Below, piece by piece: positions 22,509 through 36,425 of a stretch of 64,000 nt of DNA. The notes under the pieces were generated by a model that saw nothing but the letters and a program-made list of their open reading frames with translations, was not told where the DNA came from and did no database searches. Source of the DNA: Chiloscyllium plagiosum (Eukaryota); assembly GCF_004010195.1 (NCBI RefSeq), contig NC_057735.1, forward strand, positions 11,013,371-11,077,370. The letters are read 5' to 3'. Every line of letters starts with the position of its first letter. Positions within the stretch are counted from its first letter, which is position 1. Made by a program: the position numbers and the translations under genes.

Positions 22509-25500
22509 CTGTGTAAAACAGAAGAAATACGAAATCATTTGAAGGAAACAAGACTGCTTGATGTTTCAAACATTTATCCCCTGTTTACACTGCAGTATAT
22601 TGTATCAAAATAAAGCAGCACAGCTCAGGGAGTTAAGTGGGAAAATTAAATTACAGTTTAATTTATGATTGACTTGAACAACATATAAAGACCAAATGCA
22701 ACAAGTTTCAGTAGCACATCCTGTCATGCTCAGCATCTTGTTATCAATGAGGATTATTAGATGTGGATGGATATTTGCAGGAGCACTGCAGTCTGGTGTA
22801 ATATTCCAGTGGGTGAGAAGTCCCTTCAGTGAGTGAGGAACTCAGAATATCATTATCCCACACTGCTCCTGCACCTTCTAACAGGCAAGGCTTAACCAGC
22901 TGGAACCTGACAGCCTCCCACCTGCTCAGTTTGGGAATAATGTTTTACATGAGTGACCGGAGGAGGAGATGGTGATAGAGAGTGTAATGTCCCTGGCAGT
23001 GATACTCCAGACAGCCTGGCTCAACAAAATCTGTCATTTCTTTGGAAAATACAACGTCACGAGCTTAGATGAATAATGAAGCATTTAACCTGGGACGTGG
23101 CAGGCAGATAATTGGCACTTCATTTGATGAATTTCTAATAACATAAATAGCAACATTGTAACTATCACGATGTGGAAATTGAACCCCTCTGCTAATTAAA
23201 ACTAAAATTAAAACACCCAGAAAAGCTCACCTGAAGCTCACCAGTAAGGAAGTGAACATAATAATATTGTATAAAATGAGTGATCGTTTCCATTCTGATA
23301 AATCATTGTCTGAAACTGAAACTCATTGAAAGCTTTTATGCTGAATCACTTATTCTCACTTGGAATCAATGCTAATGGAAATATCGACAATGAAATTGTT
23401 CTACCTTTGACTGACAGACTTGGGCCCTGAAGATGTTCTTGTTGCTGTTGGTGATGTTGTTGGTGATATTGTTGAGGAATTATCACAAGTATATTCCCTT
23501 CCTGTTGAGACATAAGGTAATATTCAGCTGCAACTGAGTCTCACTTACAGAACATTTCTGTGATCCAGGACCTTCGGGTGACCATCCTCCAAGGCGGACT
23601 TCGGGACAGGCAGCAGCGAAAAGTGGCTGAGCAGAGGCTGATAGCTAAGTTCGGTACCCATAGGGAGGGCCTCAACAGGGACCGTGGGTTCATATCACAC
23701 TGCAGGTGACCACCATTGCACTATACAAACACACAGACACTTCTATACACACACAAATGCACAGACACACCTATACATAGACACACACACAGGCACTCAC
23801 ACACACTCCCACACTCTCACCTGTACCCTGTCGCTGACTTAGACCCCTTTACACTCACACACATATTCACTCTCTCTCACAGACACTCACAACCCCGCAC
23901 CCCAGACACACACACAAACACACACACACTCCTACAGACACACACCCTCCCACACTCATACATGCACCCTCTCACAGACTTAGACCCAGTTACACTCACA
24001 CACACATATACACTCTCTCTCACAGATACTCACAACCCCCCACCCCAGACACACACACACACAAAAACCCACATGCACACATACACATATACGTTTGTGG
24101 GGTGAATTTATACTTGCAGAGTTACATTGAACTTTGCTCAAAAACTGCATGAATCCATGTAAGACTCTGTTAACTCACTTTTTAGATTAGAATCAGTCTA
24201 AACATTATGGCACAGACAACAGAACATGGGGGCTAACACCTTCAACATCTTAACATCTTATCTGGGCTGACACCAATTGTTACAGTTTACCTGAGAATGT
24301 AACTTTTTTTTAAATTGTGATTTACATATGAAAGAAGTGAAACTATCATGGTCATTCTAACAGATGAGAGACTTAAACAATCAAGGTATTTTTCAATGTA
24401 TAATTTCAGTTACATCACAATGTAAACTTTTGCTATAAATTCTGAGTCTTACAATTGCGTCCTCCACAACCACCTGATGAAGGAGTGGCGCTCTGAAAGC
24501 TAGTGCTTCCAATTAAATCTGTTGGATTATAACCTGGTGTTGTGTGATTTTTAACTTTGTACACCCCAGTCCAACACCGGCACCTCCAAATCATGACCAA
24601 GAGAGCACTCTTCAAAAAAAGAACCTCAGGACTTGTTGTGAATAATGGATTTTGTTGAATTAGTTTTGCTATAAATCCCCAAGTCTGGCAAGATATGGTA
24701 GTGACCTATTTTGTACATAATTTGTATTTTGTTCCTCATCTGGACATTGATGCTCCTGTATTCTTATTAAAGCATTTGAAAAGCCGAAGTTGGGTTGGAC
24801 TATATTACTAAGATCTCCTTTCTCCTCATTGTCAAACATAAAAGAAAATTCCAGCCACTGAGCTGGTCACTGCTCCCGCTGGACAATGTATTCCTGGGGA
24901 TCCAGCAGCCCCTGCTCTGTCCTGTAATATTCTGTGATTGCTGGGTGAGCTTCCACTGTGATTTTTGCCTTCACTATGGTATTTAGACCCAATGATGTAG
25001 TCTTTACGTTAGCTCCTGTTACATGAGAACAAGGCGTCGATGTAGTAGTACTGACAAATCAAAAGGTATGGATAACAGTGACTGGCCTAAACATATCTCA
25101 CAGCCACTGGCACTTCAGGGTCTGGGTTAAAACTGAGGTATTCAGTTATATACAGTGACACCCGTCCATCAGCATGTCATTTCTGATGTGACCCTGACTA
25201 AAATGGAGTCTGACACCATTATCCCCTCAGATCACATGCTACGATGCAGTGATGACTTTATCTATTAAAGGTATAACACACACAAGCTGTGAGATGTAAC
25301 ACAAAGCAGAAGTGCAGCATTTATGCATTTTCTGGAGCTTTATTACAATTTTGTCCATTTTCAAAAATAAATTAACACCTTGTCCAAAATTGTTCCAACA
25401 TCAAAGAGACGTGATGTGATGAGGTACAGTTATTTGTAATATGAAAGAAACTTAACCAATGAGCAGTTTGAATAAACATTGAATGAATGTGTCAGCCTCA

Positions 25501-28500
25501 GTGTTTGTATAAAACTTACCAATGCTGCTGATTTATATCATGGAACTACAGCCCCTCTCTGCTACACTGGGAACTCAGACATGAACCATTTCATTGGGTT
25601 TTGTTCCCTGAGAATTTGAGACTGTGCAGTAATATTGATGATTTTGTTGTGTGAAGGATTGACAATGCAGATCCAGTTTATTGGTGACAGAGATCATTGA
25701 ATCGGGAAATGGGGTCTTCTCAGACCATGTGACGTGACTGGGGAGGCACCCTTGGACAAACTCACAGGAGACTGTCACTGAACTGGAAATGTGTTGCTGG
25801 AAAAGCGCAGCAGGTCAGGCAGCATCCAGGGAACAGGAGAATCGACGTTTTGGGCATAAGCCCTTCTTCAGGAATGGGGAAAGTTTGTCCAGCAGGCTAA
25901 GATAAAAGGTATGATGGATTTGACTGAGACAGGGTGGGGGGGGAAATGAGGAAACTGGTGAAATCTGAGTTCATCCCTTGTGGTTGGAGGGTTCCTAGCC
26001 GGAAGATGAGGCGTTCTTCCTCCAACCGTCGTTTTGTTGTGGTCTGACGATGGAGGATTCCAAAGACCTGCATATCCTTGGTGGAGTGGGAGGGGGAATT
26101 GAAATGTTGAGCTACAGGGTGGTTGGGTTGGTTGGTCCGGGTGTCCCAGAGGTGTTCTCTGAAACGCTCCGCAAGTAGCCGGCCTGTCTCCCCAATATAG
26201 AGGAGGCCACATCGGGTGCAGCTCTGATCTCCAGCATCTGCAGACCTCACTTTCTCCTCCTTCTTTGCGAAATAAACATTTATTACAAAACTGACTGTAA
26301 TTGAAGAACCAAAAACCTCCACCACTTTGCCCTTCACTATCCCATTTAGTGTCATAGACTCATTTGGCACAGAAATAGACCCTTCGGGTTAATACGTCCG
26401 TGCCAAACAAGTTTCTCAAAACACACCAGTCCCACTTGCCTGCATTTGGCCTATATCCCTCCAAATCTTTCTTATTCATGTGCTGATCCAAATATCTTTT
26501 TAACGTTGCAACTGACCCGTCATCTCCCATGTCCTCTGGCAGCTCATTCCACATATGAGCCACCCTCTGTGTGAGAATGTTGCCCCTCAGGTTCATTTTA
26601 CATCTTTCTCCTCTCACCGTGAAAACATGACCCCTCACTTTGAACTCTCCCAGCCTAGTGAAAGCAACGTTTGCTAATCACCTTATCTAGATCCCTCATG
26701 ATTTTATAAACCTCGATAAAGTCACCTCCCAACCTCCTCCACTCCAGGGGAAAAAGTCCCAGCCTATCCTTATCACTCAAACCCTCCAGTCACAGCAACA
26801 TCTTAGGAAATCTTTTCTGAAACCTCTTCAATTTAATAATAACCTTCCTGAAGCAGGGTGACTCGAACTGTACACATTAAACCAAAAGTAGCCTCACCAT
26901 CATTCTATACAAGCGACATGTGATGTTCCAACTCTTACACTCAATGGTCTGAGCAATGATGGTGAGCATGCTAAATACCTTCTTTACCACCCTGTCTACT
27001 TCTGATGCAAATTTCAAAGATCCCTTGGGTCTCTGTGTTCAACAGCACAACCCAGGGCCCTACTTTTAATTGTATTAGTCCTATCCTTATTTGTTCTACC
27101 AAAAACCTTTAGCTCACATTGATCCAAATTAAACTCCATCTGCCACTCGTCAGCCCATTGGCCCAATTGGTCAAGATCCTTTTGCAATCGTAGATAACCT
27201 TTGTCACTGTCAACAATACCACCAATTTTGGTGTCATTCATAAACTTATGAACCATGCCTTCTAAATTCTCATTCAAATCGTTTATATAAATTACACCGA
27301 TCCCTGCAGAACACCACCAGTCACAGGCCTCCAGTCCAAAAAAATAACCCCCCACCACCCTCTGTCTCCTGCCATCAAGCTAATTTTGTATTCAATTGGC
27401 GAGCTCACCCTGAATCCCATGTGATCTAACTTTACAAATTAGTCGAGAATGTGGAAACCTCATGGAGATAACAAATACTGTTCCGCCTCATTAATCTTAT
27501 CGCTGACATCCTGAAGAAAATGTAATCAAGTTTGTGATGCCACAATTTTCCACATACTATCCCTAATCTGTTCGTGCCTCTGCAAATGCATGTAAATCCG
27601 ATCTCTCAATATTGCCTTCAACAACTAACCGCTGATGTCAGACCCACAGATCCATAATGCCCATGCTTCTCCATTCAGCTTTTCCGAAATGAAGGCATAA
27701 CATTCGCCAAATTCCAGCCCTCCGCAATCTCACCTGTGACTGCGGATGATGCAACTAGCTCAACTATGGGCCCCTCAACTTTCCAAATTTCCCACACTGT
27801 CCTGGGAGACACTTGATTGGGTTCTGGAGATTTATACATTGTTATGTATTTTAAAACTTTCAGCACTTCCTATCTGTAATATGGACTGTTTTCATGACAT
27901 CAATATTTAATTCCCTGAGTTCCCTAATCTCCACGTCTTTCTCCACAGTAAAATATTCAAAATATTTGTTTAGTACCTCCCCCATTTATGAAGAACTTAG
28001 TTGCAGGAAGCAAATGGTTGTGATGTAGCAATGGAGTTGTTGCAATGCTTCTCCATGCTGTGGGCTGGATTTTATACACCTGCTCATTTTCCAAGTACAG
28101 TGCTAACCATTGGCTTAATTCAGAACTGATAATGAAACAAATGGAGTGCATTTTATCAATTACAGTTTCCCAGAGAGAGATAGTAAACAAACATTGTTTA
28201 CATCACACTTACTGATGCTGTTGGTCTGTATCCTGTAACTGCAGTTCTTCTCTCTTACATTGTTGACTGACACATGAACAATTTCACTGGGTTTTGTTCC
28301 CTGAGTATTTGAGGCTGTGCAGTAATATTGATGATGTTTCTGTGTGAAGGATTGACAATGTAGATCCAGTTTATTGGTGTCAGAGATCATTGAACCTTGA
28401 GATGGGGTCTTCTCAGACCATGTGTAGTGAATGGGGAGGGATCCCTGGGCAGACTCACAGGAGACTGTCACTGAACCCCCAGAACATGAGACATTTGGTT

Positions 28501-31060
28501 GGGATAAAAATCGAAGTCCAGGAAAAGAGACGGCTTCTGTGGGAAAGAAACAATTATTCTGTGAGAAAAATCAAATAACCTCCAACACTTTGCCACTTTT
28601 CTTCCTGGATAAAACACTGATCGGGCATATCAGCAGAGAGTATTTTTTAAAAATCACTGAGAGATTTACCGTCAGAGATGTTCAGCTTTACATTAAACAT
28701 TGGGTCAAAGGCAAAAGTCTTAATCCCACAGTTGTACCATCCTGCATCTTCCCATTGAAGATTAGTGATTGTGACAAGAAATATTCCTTGTGTTTTGTCG
28801 TCAGTGATCGTTATTCTCCCATTTGGCCAATTTGTTTTTGCTCTAACAGAACACAGACGACTCCATCCTTGACACCAATATTTCACGTGTGACTGGTACT
28901 GCTGCGCTTCGTAATGACAAGATATTGTGATCGCTCTTCCCAAAATTCCCGTTACGTGTTCCTCTGCCCATAAAGCACCTGAAACTGAAGAGACAATATT
29001 TCAGAAATTTAACTGGAAAGGACTGCTTAAAACAATCAGATACATTTTAATCAGCTACATTCCATCCAGTACATGATGAATGTAATCATTAACATAAACC
29101 CTTATCAGAGCCTCAGGGTGTTCTAAATTCCCAGGGAATGATTGAAACAGTCGGGATATTTTCTTACCCCACTGGTCGAGCTTTGGGATAATCTTGAAAT
29201 TGGGTTTGTGCTGCCCGCTGTGGGCTCTGACTCCACCGTCTGTGACATCATCGAAACGTTGCCCCTACCCCCCACCCCGCTGGAGAGCAGCCTGAGTGAC
29301 AGGCCTGGGTTGGAGTCGGCTGGGGATCAGTGTGAAGGAGGGCACAGGTGCTGAAGGGTCCTTATTCCGACCAGAGAAGGAGGGTTTCATCCAGGGAGGA
29401 GAGGGGAGTGTGTGGAGACTCATGGTGGGCTCAGAGGCTGCATTTTCAGGGCTAAAGGGGCAGATACAACAGGTGACCCAGGAAGATGATGAGAGACCTC
29501 GAGTGGGAGAGGAAGAGAATTGGAGTTTCGCGAGGGATGGTTCGTGATGGGAGAGAGAGATCAATGTGCAGGACCTTGAGTGCAGTAAAGGCAGGATGGT
29601 TTGTAATCACACATTGTTGTCAATGTAAGGAGAGTAAACTAACAGAAGGAATTTACTGATTGTTCCAGAGAGATTGCTCCTGAGAAAATACATAAATTGC
29701 TGCCAGATTGTGTCACAGTGTGGAAGAGGAGCAGCCTGTTGATGACTGGATAGACATTACTTCAATAAATAATGAGAGAAACGTTATGAAGCGTAAATGA
29801 AGAGCTGGAATGGAGAGAAGAAAGGACAAAGACAATTGCATGATTCAAGGTGGTGAAGGGCAGGAAACAGACCTTATTTAATAAAGGAAACCTTGAAAGA
29901 AAGAGAATTGCGAAAGCAGAGAGATGAACGCTTCAGATTTCTGTCTGTGACGTTTTCTGTATGAAATTGGTGGGCAACAGCTGCAAAATGTTTCAGAAAG
30001 TTTTCATGGACCAGAATTCACAGAGTTGTAGCCGAGAGTACTGCAACATTGGGAATTTTAAACATGAGTGTTTGAAAATGTCTTGATCATAAATGGAGAG
30101 ATGGCAATGATGGGCTGCAATTGTATTGCCGTGTTACATTGTAATGTGAAAACCAATAGGATTGAAAGAGAGTAAGCAACTTGATTCAAGTTAACGACTG
30201 AAAGAAATAAAGCTTTGTATGGGAAGTGGAATATAAACCAACCATCTGCTTTTGTGACAGAGCCTCACGAAACAATATTTAATGAACTGCAATTCAAAAA
30301 TAAAACAAAAGCAAACTCAAGATGTTTTGTTTGAGGGCATATTACCCTCCAGTTTTCGGTGTATATTGAGCTCTCAAAATTTTGGATAATTTAAAACGAT
30401 TCTGCTAGTGTGTTCACTTAAAAGAAACATTACGTTGTCCTTTTTATTTCATTGATAATTACTAATGCTGCTCCAAAGTATTTGGGAACACTATCATAAT
30501 GTGTTTAGGAGAAGATAGAACATTTTATGATGTATTTTATGTATTTTTATGTTTGTTCATTTAAATTCAAAGGCTTCCATATATAGAGACACATGGCGCA
30601 GACAAAGTCCATGCTGTGTCTGTTTTCTGCAGCTTATCACTCACCTGAAGCCAGTTGCCGTAATGTGAGGGGTGTCACTCTGATTGGATAAGGCTGACCT
30701 GGAATCTCACCCAGTCTTGCTCCCTACCCTGGGTATGTTGGAAGGATTTGCAAGTTGATAATGAATCTCTTTCGCTTTGTGAGAATACACATTCCTTTGC
30801 AAAATGTGCTGGAGTGAGAATCGTACTCTCAGTATTTTTCCCAGCAATAACAATATCACCCATTGTGTCACAAGCTCTTCCTTTATCCTTTATACATCTT
30901 CAAATATTTAAACATTCTCACTGCATTCTCACTGCAAATATTTAAACATTCTCACTGCATAAACCACACAGTGGACTTCAACAAACATTGGTTATCTAAT
31001 ATACAACTATGATGGTCACTCACCAGGAATGGAACAAATGAGGAGAATCAAAGTCCACAT
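22418..31060 (-). CDS. Gene B: CD300/pIgR-like activating-type receptor, 5 coding exons, 287 aa
   Basis: Exons 31024-31060, 28670-28984, 28213-28536, 23405-23501 and 22418-22508 total 864 nt, GT-AG and in frame. An extra in-frame ATG lies at 31061-31063. The model requires skipping the pseudo-exon at 25520-25783. Confidence 0.85.
23405..23501 (-). CDS. Gene B stalk exon (R)REYTCDNSSTISPTTSPTATRTSSGPKSVSQ(S)
   Basis: Acceptor tctcaacag, donor gtagaa, 97 nt, phase 1 to 2. Confidence 0.85.
23552..24595 (+). mobile_element. Penelope-like element 3' end with a CA-rich internal repeat
   Basis: Encodes ...LRVTILQGGLRDRQQRKVAEQRLIAKFGTHREGLNRD. CA-rich tract at 23720-24090. Hammerhead-like core ctgatga...gaaa at ~24474-24498. 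Confidence 0.8.
25520..25783 (-). pseudogene. Dead C2-domain exon inside gene B intron 3
   Basis: VTVSCEFVQGCLPSHVTW...YYCTVSN...MVHV*. In-frame stops. The 5' end is replaced by a Penelope-like insertion, and the gtaagt donor is retained. Confidence 0.88.
25784..26260 (-). mobile_element. Penelope-like GIY-YIG fragment with inverted terminal piece
   Basis: ORF CTRCGLLYIGETGRLLAERFREH...EERLIFRLGTLQPQGMN. Confidence 0.85.
26360..27990 (-). mobile_element. Degraded CR1 LINE
   Basis: YINDL...KFMNDTKIGG and the CR1 3' end. Confidence 0.85.
28213..28536 (-). CDS. Gene B Ig C2-type domain exon
   Basis: 324 nt, open frame, 11 aa differences from the gene A exon. Confidence 0.92.
28670..28984 (-). 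CDS. Gene B Ig V-set domain exon (CD300/pIgR type)
   Basis: VSGALWAEEHVTGILGRAITISCHY...KYWCQGWSRLC...DAGWYNCG, 315 nt. Confidence 0.95.
31024..31060 (-). CDS. Gene B signal-peptide exon MWTLILLICSIP
   Basis: Homologous to 16221-16257, donor gtgagt. Confidence 0.88.
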
Positions 31061-31148
31061 CATTTTATTCTCAAAGATTTTTAATTTAGTCTCTCAACTC
31101 TTATTTCTCACTTTGAAGAAAGTGTGTTATGCAATGTCCGCAGGATGT

Positions 31149-31160
31149 GAAATGAGGAAG
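31149..31160 (+). promoter_or_regulatory. Putative PU.1/Ets-IRF composite site in the gene B promoter
   Basis: GAAATGAGGAAG, conserved with gene A. Confidence 0.5.
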
Positions 31161-33694
31161 AGAATATAGGAAGCCAGCTTCTGTAACCACAGTGAGTTAG
31201 ATGATGAATGATAACCATGAGGAAATTTTTCTCTGATCAATTATGTTTAACAGAGGAACTAAATTAATTTTCATTGAAAGAATAGAAAATTCTGAAATCA
31301 AGACAGATAACGAGTCTGCTGCTGAGGATAATGTTGACTCAAACACAGAATTTATACTGAAATCTCAGGTTAATAACAACTGGCATAGTCCCCCATGTCA
31401 GAAAATTTCAATGAACAGCTTTTGACAAAGATTTCTTCAGTGAAAATCAATCCTAGAGTTAAAAATAGATTTTCGAAGGACTATTTTGTGTTTTAGGCAG
31501 AACATGTCTCCTGTTCACACTGAATAATTATTCTGTCAGAATCTGAAGTCCTAGATGTAGAGGACAAGGTACCCTCTGTTCCAGTTCCTCAAGATCCAAG
31601 TAAACAAGACATGGGGCTGATTTCAGGCAGAAAAAAGAACTCAACAACAGAGAGACAATTCAGGGAGAAGTGAGCTGTGATTGAGTAACTGGGAGTGAGC
31701 TTCAGTTCCAAGGTGAGGATCCCTCTGGTGAACCGACTGACATGGGGCTTTGTATTCACCAGGACATGGTTGATGATGAGTGAGTCTGGTGAACCATGCT
31801 GGGTTTCACCTTTGAGAAGATCAAAGGGGCTGACACCCTTCACCAACCCTGCTCATCCCCAGCCCCAATGCTGAAGGCAGTGCCCCCACCTTAACCCTTA
31901 ATATGGAAGGAGAGTCACTGGAGTCATTACCCAGAGACTGAACCAACAAGGATCATCACAATGCTCTGTCTGAGAAACAGAAACAATACGTTGGGTAAAC
32001 TCCTGGAGAACACTTGGAAACATTTGGGGGTTAATACCCCAATGGAGATGAAACCCCTCTGCTGTCAGGTCACCAGTGTCTGAGGGTCAGAAACAGAGAG
32101 CAGAGATCCCCCAGCCCCTGAATGACATGGACACTGTAGAATCAATTGGAAAAATTGGACCAGATTGAAAAATTAGATTCTGTGATGAAACAGTGAAGGC
32201 AGCAGTTATTAACAAAGTGAAGAATATCTGATCTAATTGTCAGGGATCCTGTAAAGTGACTTGCTCAATGTCAAAGCCATATCCTGGTAGACGGTCACTC
32301 AGCAGTTTTTAAAAGACCGTTCTTCTGAGACAAACAATTGCAGGACCTGGAGCTGCCACAAAGCCCCTCCCCCATTCGGATGGATGTCCCATTTGCTCTG
32401 GAATGGTGCAGTGATCCACCCACAACGTGGCCATGAGCCTGTCCCAGGAGGTTTCCTTCCCAGAGATTGTGATCAAAGGGCTGGGTCTGAAAACTCTCAG
32501 TACAGCCTATCCAAATTGTTAATATATTACACTGGTACTTTCAAAACGCAACTAGTCACACGCCTCCCACTCAAAAATATCCTTCACCACCACCCTCTGT
32601 CTCCTGCCAGCAAACCAAATTTCTGATTGGCAAGCTCACCCTGAACCCCATGTGATCAAACTGTACTGATTTGTCTGCCCTGCGTAATTCTGTCACTAAT
32701 GTCTCTGTAGACAATATGTAGTGCTGTGCTGTCATCAATTGTCTTGGTTACTTCATTAAATATCTCAATCAGGTTTGGTCAGTGCCATTTCCCAAATAAG
32801 GTCTTGCCTCTGGCTTCTCCTTACAGCCTTTGTTACATAAAGGCACAACATTAACTGTCCTCCAGTCCTCCGGCACCTCACCCGTGGCTGTGGGTGATAC
32901 AAATATCTCTGCTGGGGGCTCCCCAAATTCCTTCCCTAACTTCCCACAATGTCCTGGGATACACCTGATCAGGTCCCAGTGATTTATTCCCCATTGTGTT
33001 TTTTAAGACCACTATCAGTTCCTTGTCTGGAAGGTGGATAGTTTATCATGACTTGAATATTTTTTTTCTTCACTTTCCCTGGTCCCTCTGTCTTTCTCCA
33101 CAGTAAAAAACACTCACAAAATATTTGTTTAGTATCTCTCTCATCTCTTGTAGTTCCACACAAAGACAAGCTTGTTTACTTCCTTTCCTGAATCTCAGAG
33201 TTGGTGTGTTACATTGCGGTTTGTAACTACAACCCAGATATCCCACTTGTTTAAAACCACGGGTTTCACATGGAGCTGTCGCTTGCTGATATTGGCAGTG
33301 GTCACTTCCACCCTCTTGGGGTTGGTTTTTGAACTTTCAGAAATAATGTGAAACCTCATCTACAATCAGAAATCCTGCCAGTAATTTTCCATCTCCTGAA
33401 CTGTAAAGATTCATGAGGCAGATAGATGAGGTTTCCAATCTCCAAAGAGTACACAGACAACATGGCTGGGATGTGTTTTAAGGGAATCATTTTTGCAACA
33501 ATTAAACTGTTAATTCTTTATCTGTTCTTTAATGGCTAGCTTTTGTTGCCCATTCCTAATTGCCCCTGACTGAGTTGCTTTCGAGATCATTTGAAGAGGG
33601 CAGTTAAGAACAAACACATTGCTGGGAACCCTATGTAGAGCAGACCTGGAAAGGGCAGCAGATTTCCTTCCCTCAGGGACATTGATGAGTCAGG

Positions 33695-34402
33695 TAGTGT
33701 GAGTAAAATGTCAACAGTTGGATAACCAGCAAAAGGATGATCCATACGTGAGGTAGAGACATAATTACAAAAATATTAAAAGTGAGGTGGTACTGGAGAC
33801 AAACTAAATGACTGGAGTAATGGCAGACCATTGTTCACAGCAAACTACCCAGCATTCAGGACAGTATCGACCACAACACTACACAACCCTGCCATGGCAA
33901 CCATTGCAAGATGTGTCAGATCATCGACATGGATACTACCGTCAGACGTGGGAACACCACCCACCAGGTACACCTAGATACTCATGTGACTTGACTCTTA
34001 TACCCATCAGGATATTCCAGTCATTTAGTTTGTCTTCAGCATCACCTTATTTTTAACCTTTTTGTAATTCTCTCTCTGTCTCACTTAATCAGATGATAGG
34101 TCATCCCTTTGCTGGTTATTCAGCTGTTGACATTTTACTCACACTATCTAGCACTCTTGATCACACGCAGAGTTTTATTATATGAGACGCCACGCACACA
34201 TATGTACGATCTTTTGATCTCTCTGCCCTTGATCTCTCTGCCTATTAACTCTGTGTCTGTGTGCTTCTCTCTCACTTCATCTGACAAAGCAGCTGCTCTC
34301 TGAAAGCTTGTGATTTTAATTAAATCTGATGCACTATAATCTGATGTCATGTGACTTCTGACTTTGTCCAGTCCAGTCTCACACTGGCACCTCCACATCA
34401 GG
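33695..34402 (+). mobile_element. Penelope-like element fragments
   Basis: Cys-rich PLE linker (PCHGNHCKMCQII...) and a terminal repeat related to 24430-24595. Confidence 0.65.
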
Positions 34403-35129
34403 CCAAAGTGACAGTGACATTGGAAAACACCATCTCCTGTAGCTCTCTGGCATTTCCTATGTTCTGTAGAGCATCCCAGAAGGGTGATTTGATATTATAT
34501 TTCCTCTTTAGACCAGACCAGACTCAGGTATGTTTGTTAAAAATTTACCAATGCACGTATGCATGCAGTACATATCAAAAACTAGGGAAAAGATCAAATT
34601 ATTAGGCCAGCAACAAAGGTTTTATTCTATTCTACACATAACAGCCATGTCAGAATGACATTGACATGGGATGGTGCCACACAGAGGTATGATCACGCCT
34701 TGACTGCTCAGTGCCTCCCAATGCGACAGGCTGTCAGATTTGAACTCTGTGGGAAAACATAATGCAGCTCCCAGAGACTGGCAGTTTGCAGCTTACAGTG
34801 ACAGGGCTCTGTGTTTAACTGCGATGGAAAGCACAGAGACTGGCAGCCCACAAACTAGTGTCCCAGAGCTCCACATTCAACTGGTGCGAGAGCTGGACTG
34901 AGAGCAGGTCTGGGGTGATGAGGGGAAGGCTGACGGTTTGCCCATGATGACTTGAGTGGATATAGAGTGGAGGAGGATTGTCTCCAGGGAGTGTGCAAGG
35001 ATATGGTGGTGAAATCAGATGAAGTCTGGGTGAAGTTTGAGACAAGCAATCAGTGAGTAGCATTCACCAGTTAGCTGCTGTGATTAAAACATTAGGATTT
35101 TGCACTGCCTAGTTTCTGAGGGGTAGATA

Positions 35130-36425
35130 GTGTCATAGAGATGTACAGCACAGAAACAGATGCTTCAGTCCAACTTGTTCATGCTGACCAGATATCCCAA
35201 CCTAATCTTGTCCCATTTACCAGGACTTGGCCCATTTCTCTCTAAGCCCTTCCTATCCACATAGCCTTCCAAGTGCCTTTTAAATGCTGTAATTGTACCA
35301 GTCTCTAAGACGACCTCTAACAGCTCATTCCATACATGAACCACTCTTTGTGTGAAACAGTTGCCCCTTAGGTCCCTTTTACATCTTTCCCCTCGCGCCA
35401 TAAACCTATGCCCTCTCATTCTGGACTCCCCCAACCCAGAGAAAAGACGTTATCTATTTACCCTATCCATGTCCATCTAAAAGGTCAACCCTCAGCCTTC
35501 GACACTCAAGGCAAAACAGCCTGAGCCTATTCAGCCTCTCCCTATACCTCAAATCCTCCAACCCTGGTAACATCCTTTTAAATCTTTTCTAATCCCTTTC
35601 AAGTTTCACCTTGTCCTTCCGATAGGAAGGAGACCAGAATTGCACACAATATTCCAGAAGTGGCCGAACTAATGTCCTGTACAGCCGCAACATGACCTCC
35701 CAACTCCTGTACTCAATCCTCTGACCAATAAAGGATAGCATACCAAACTCCTTCTTCACTATCCTACCTGCGACTCCACTTTCAAGAAGCTATGAACCTG
35801 CACTCCAAGGTCTCTTTGTTCAGCAACACTCCCTGGGACCTTATCTTTAAGTGTACAAGTCCCACTAAGATTTGCTTTACCAAAATGAAACCTCTCTAAA
35901 TTAATCTAAATTAAACTCCATCTACCACTCCTCGGCCCATTGGCTCATCTGATCAAGATCCCATTGTAAACTGAGGTAACCTTCTTTATTTTGGTGTCAT
36001 CTGTAAACTTACTAACTATACCTCTTATACTCATATCCAAATCATTTATATGTGTTTTTCAGTCCTCCAGTTTGAAAAATAACCTTCCACCAGCACCCTC
36101 TGTCTTCTATACTCGAGCTAGTTCTGTATCCAAATGGCTAGTTCTCCCTGTATTCCATGAGATCTAACCATGCTATCCAATCTGCCAAGGGGAACCTTGT
36201 CGAATGCCTTAGTGAAGTCCATATAGATCATGTCCACTGCACAATCAAGTTTGTGAGACATGATTTTGCACACAAAGCAATATTGACTATCCCTAATCAG
36301 CCCTTGCTTTGCAAATAAGTGTAAATCCTGTCCCCCAGGATTCCCTTCAAAACCTTGCCCACTGCTGACATCAGACTCACCAGTCTGTAATTCCCTGGCT
36401 TGTCCTTACCACCTTTCTTAAATAG
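35130..36425 (-). mobile_element. CR1 LINE 3' portion
   Basis: ORFs GESRMRGHRF...FTQRVV and PGNYRLVSLMS. Confidence 0.88.

Noticed and set aside
23716-24105. 129-aa His/Thr-rich ORF
   Set aside because: Translation of a CA-rich repeat inside a Penelope-like element.
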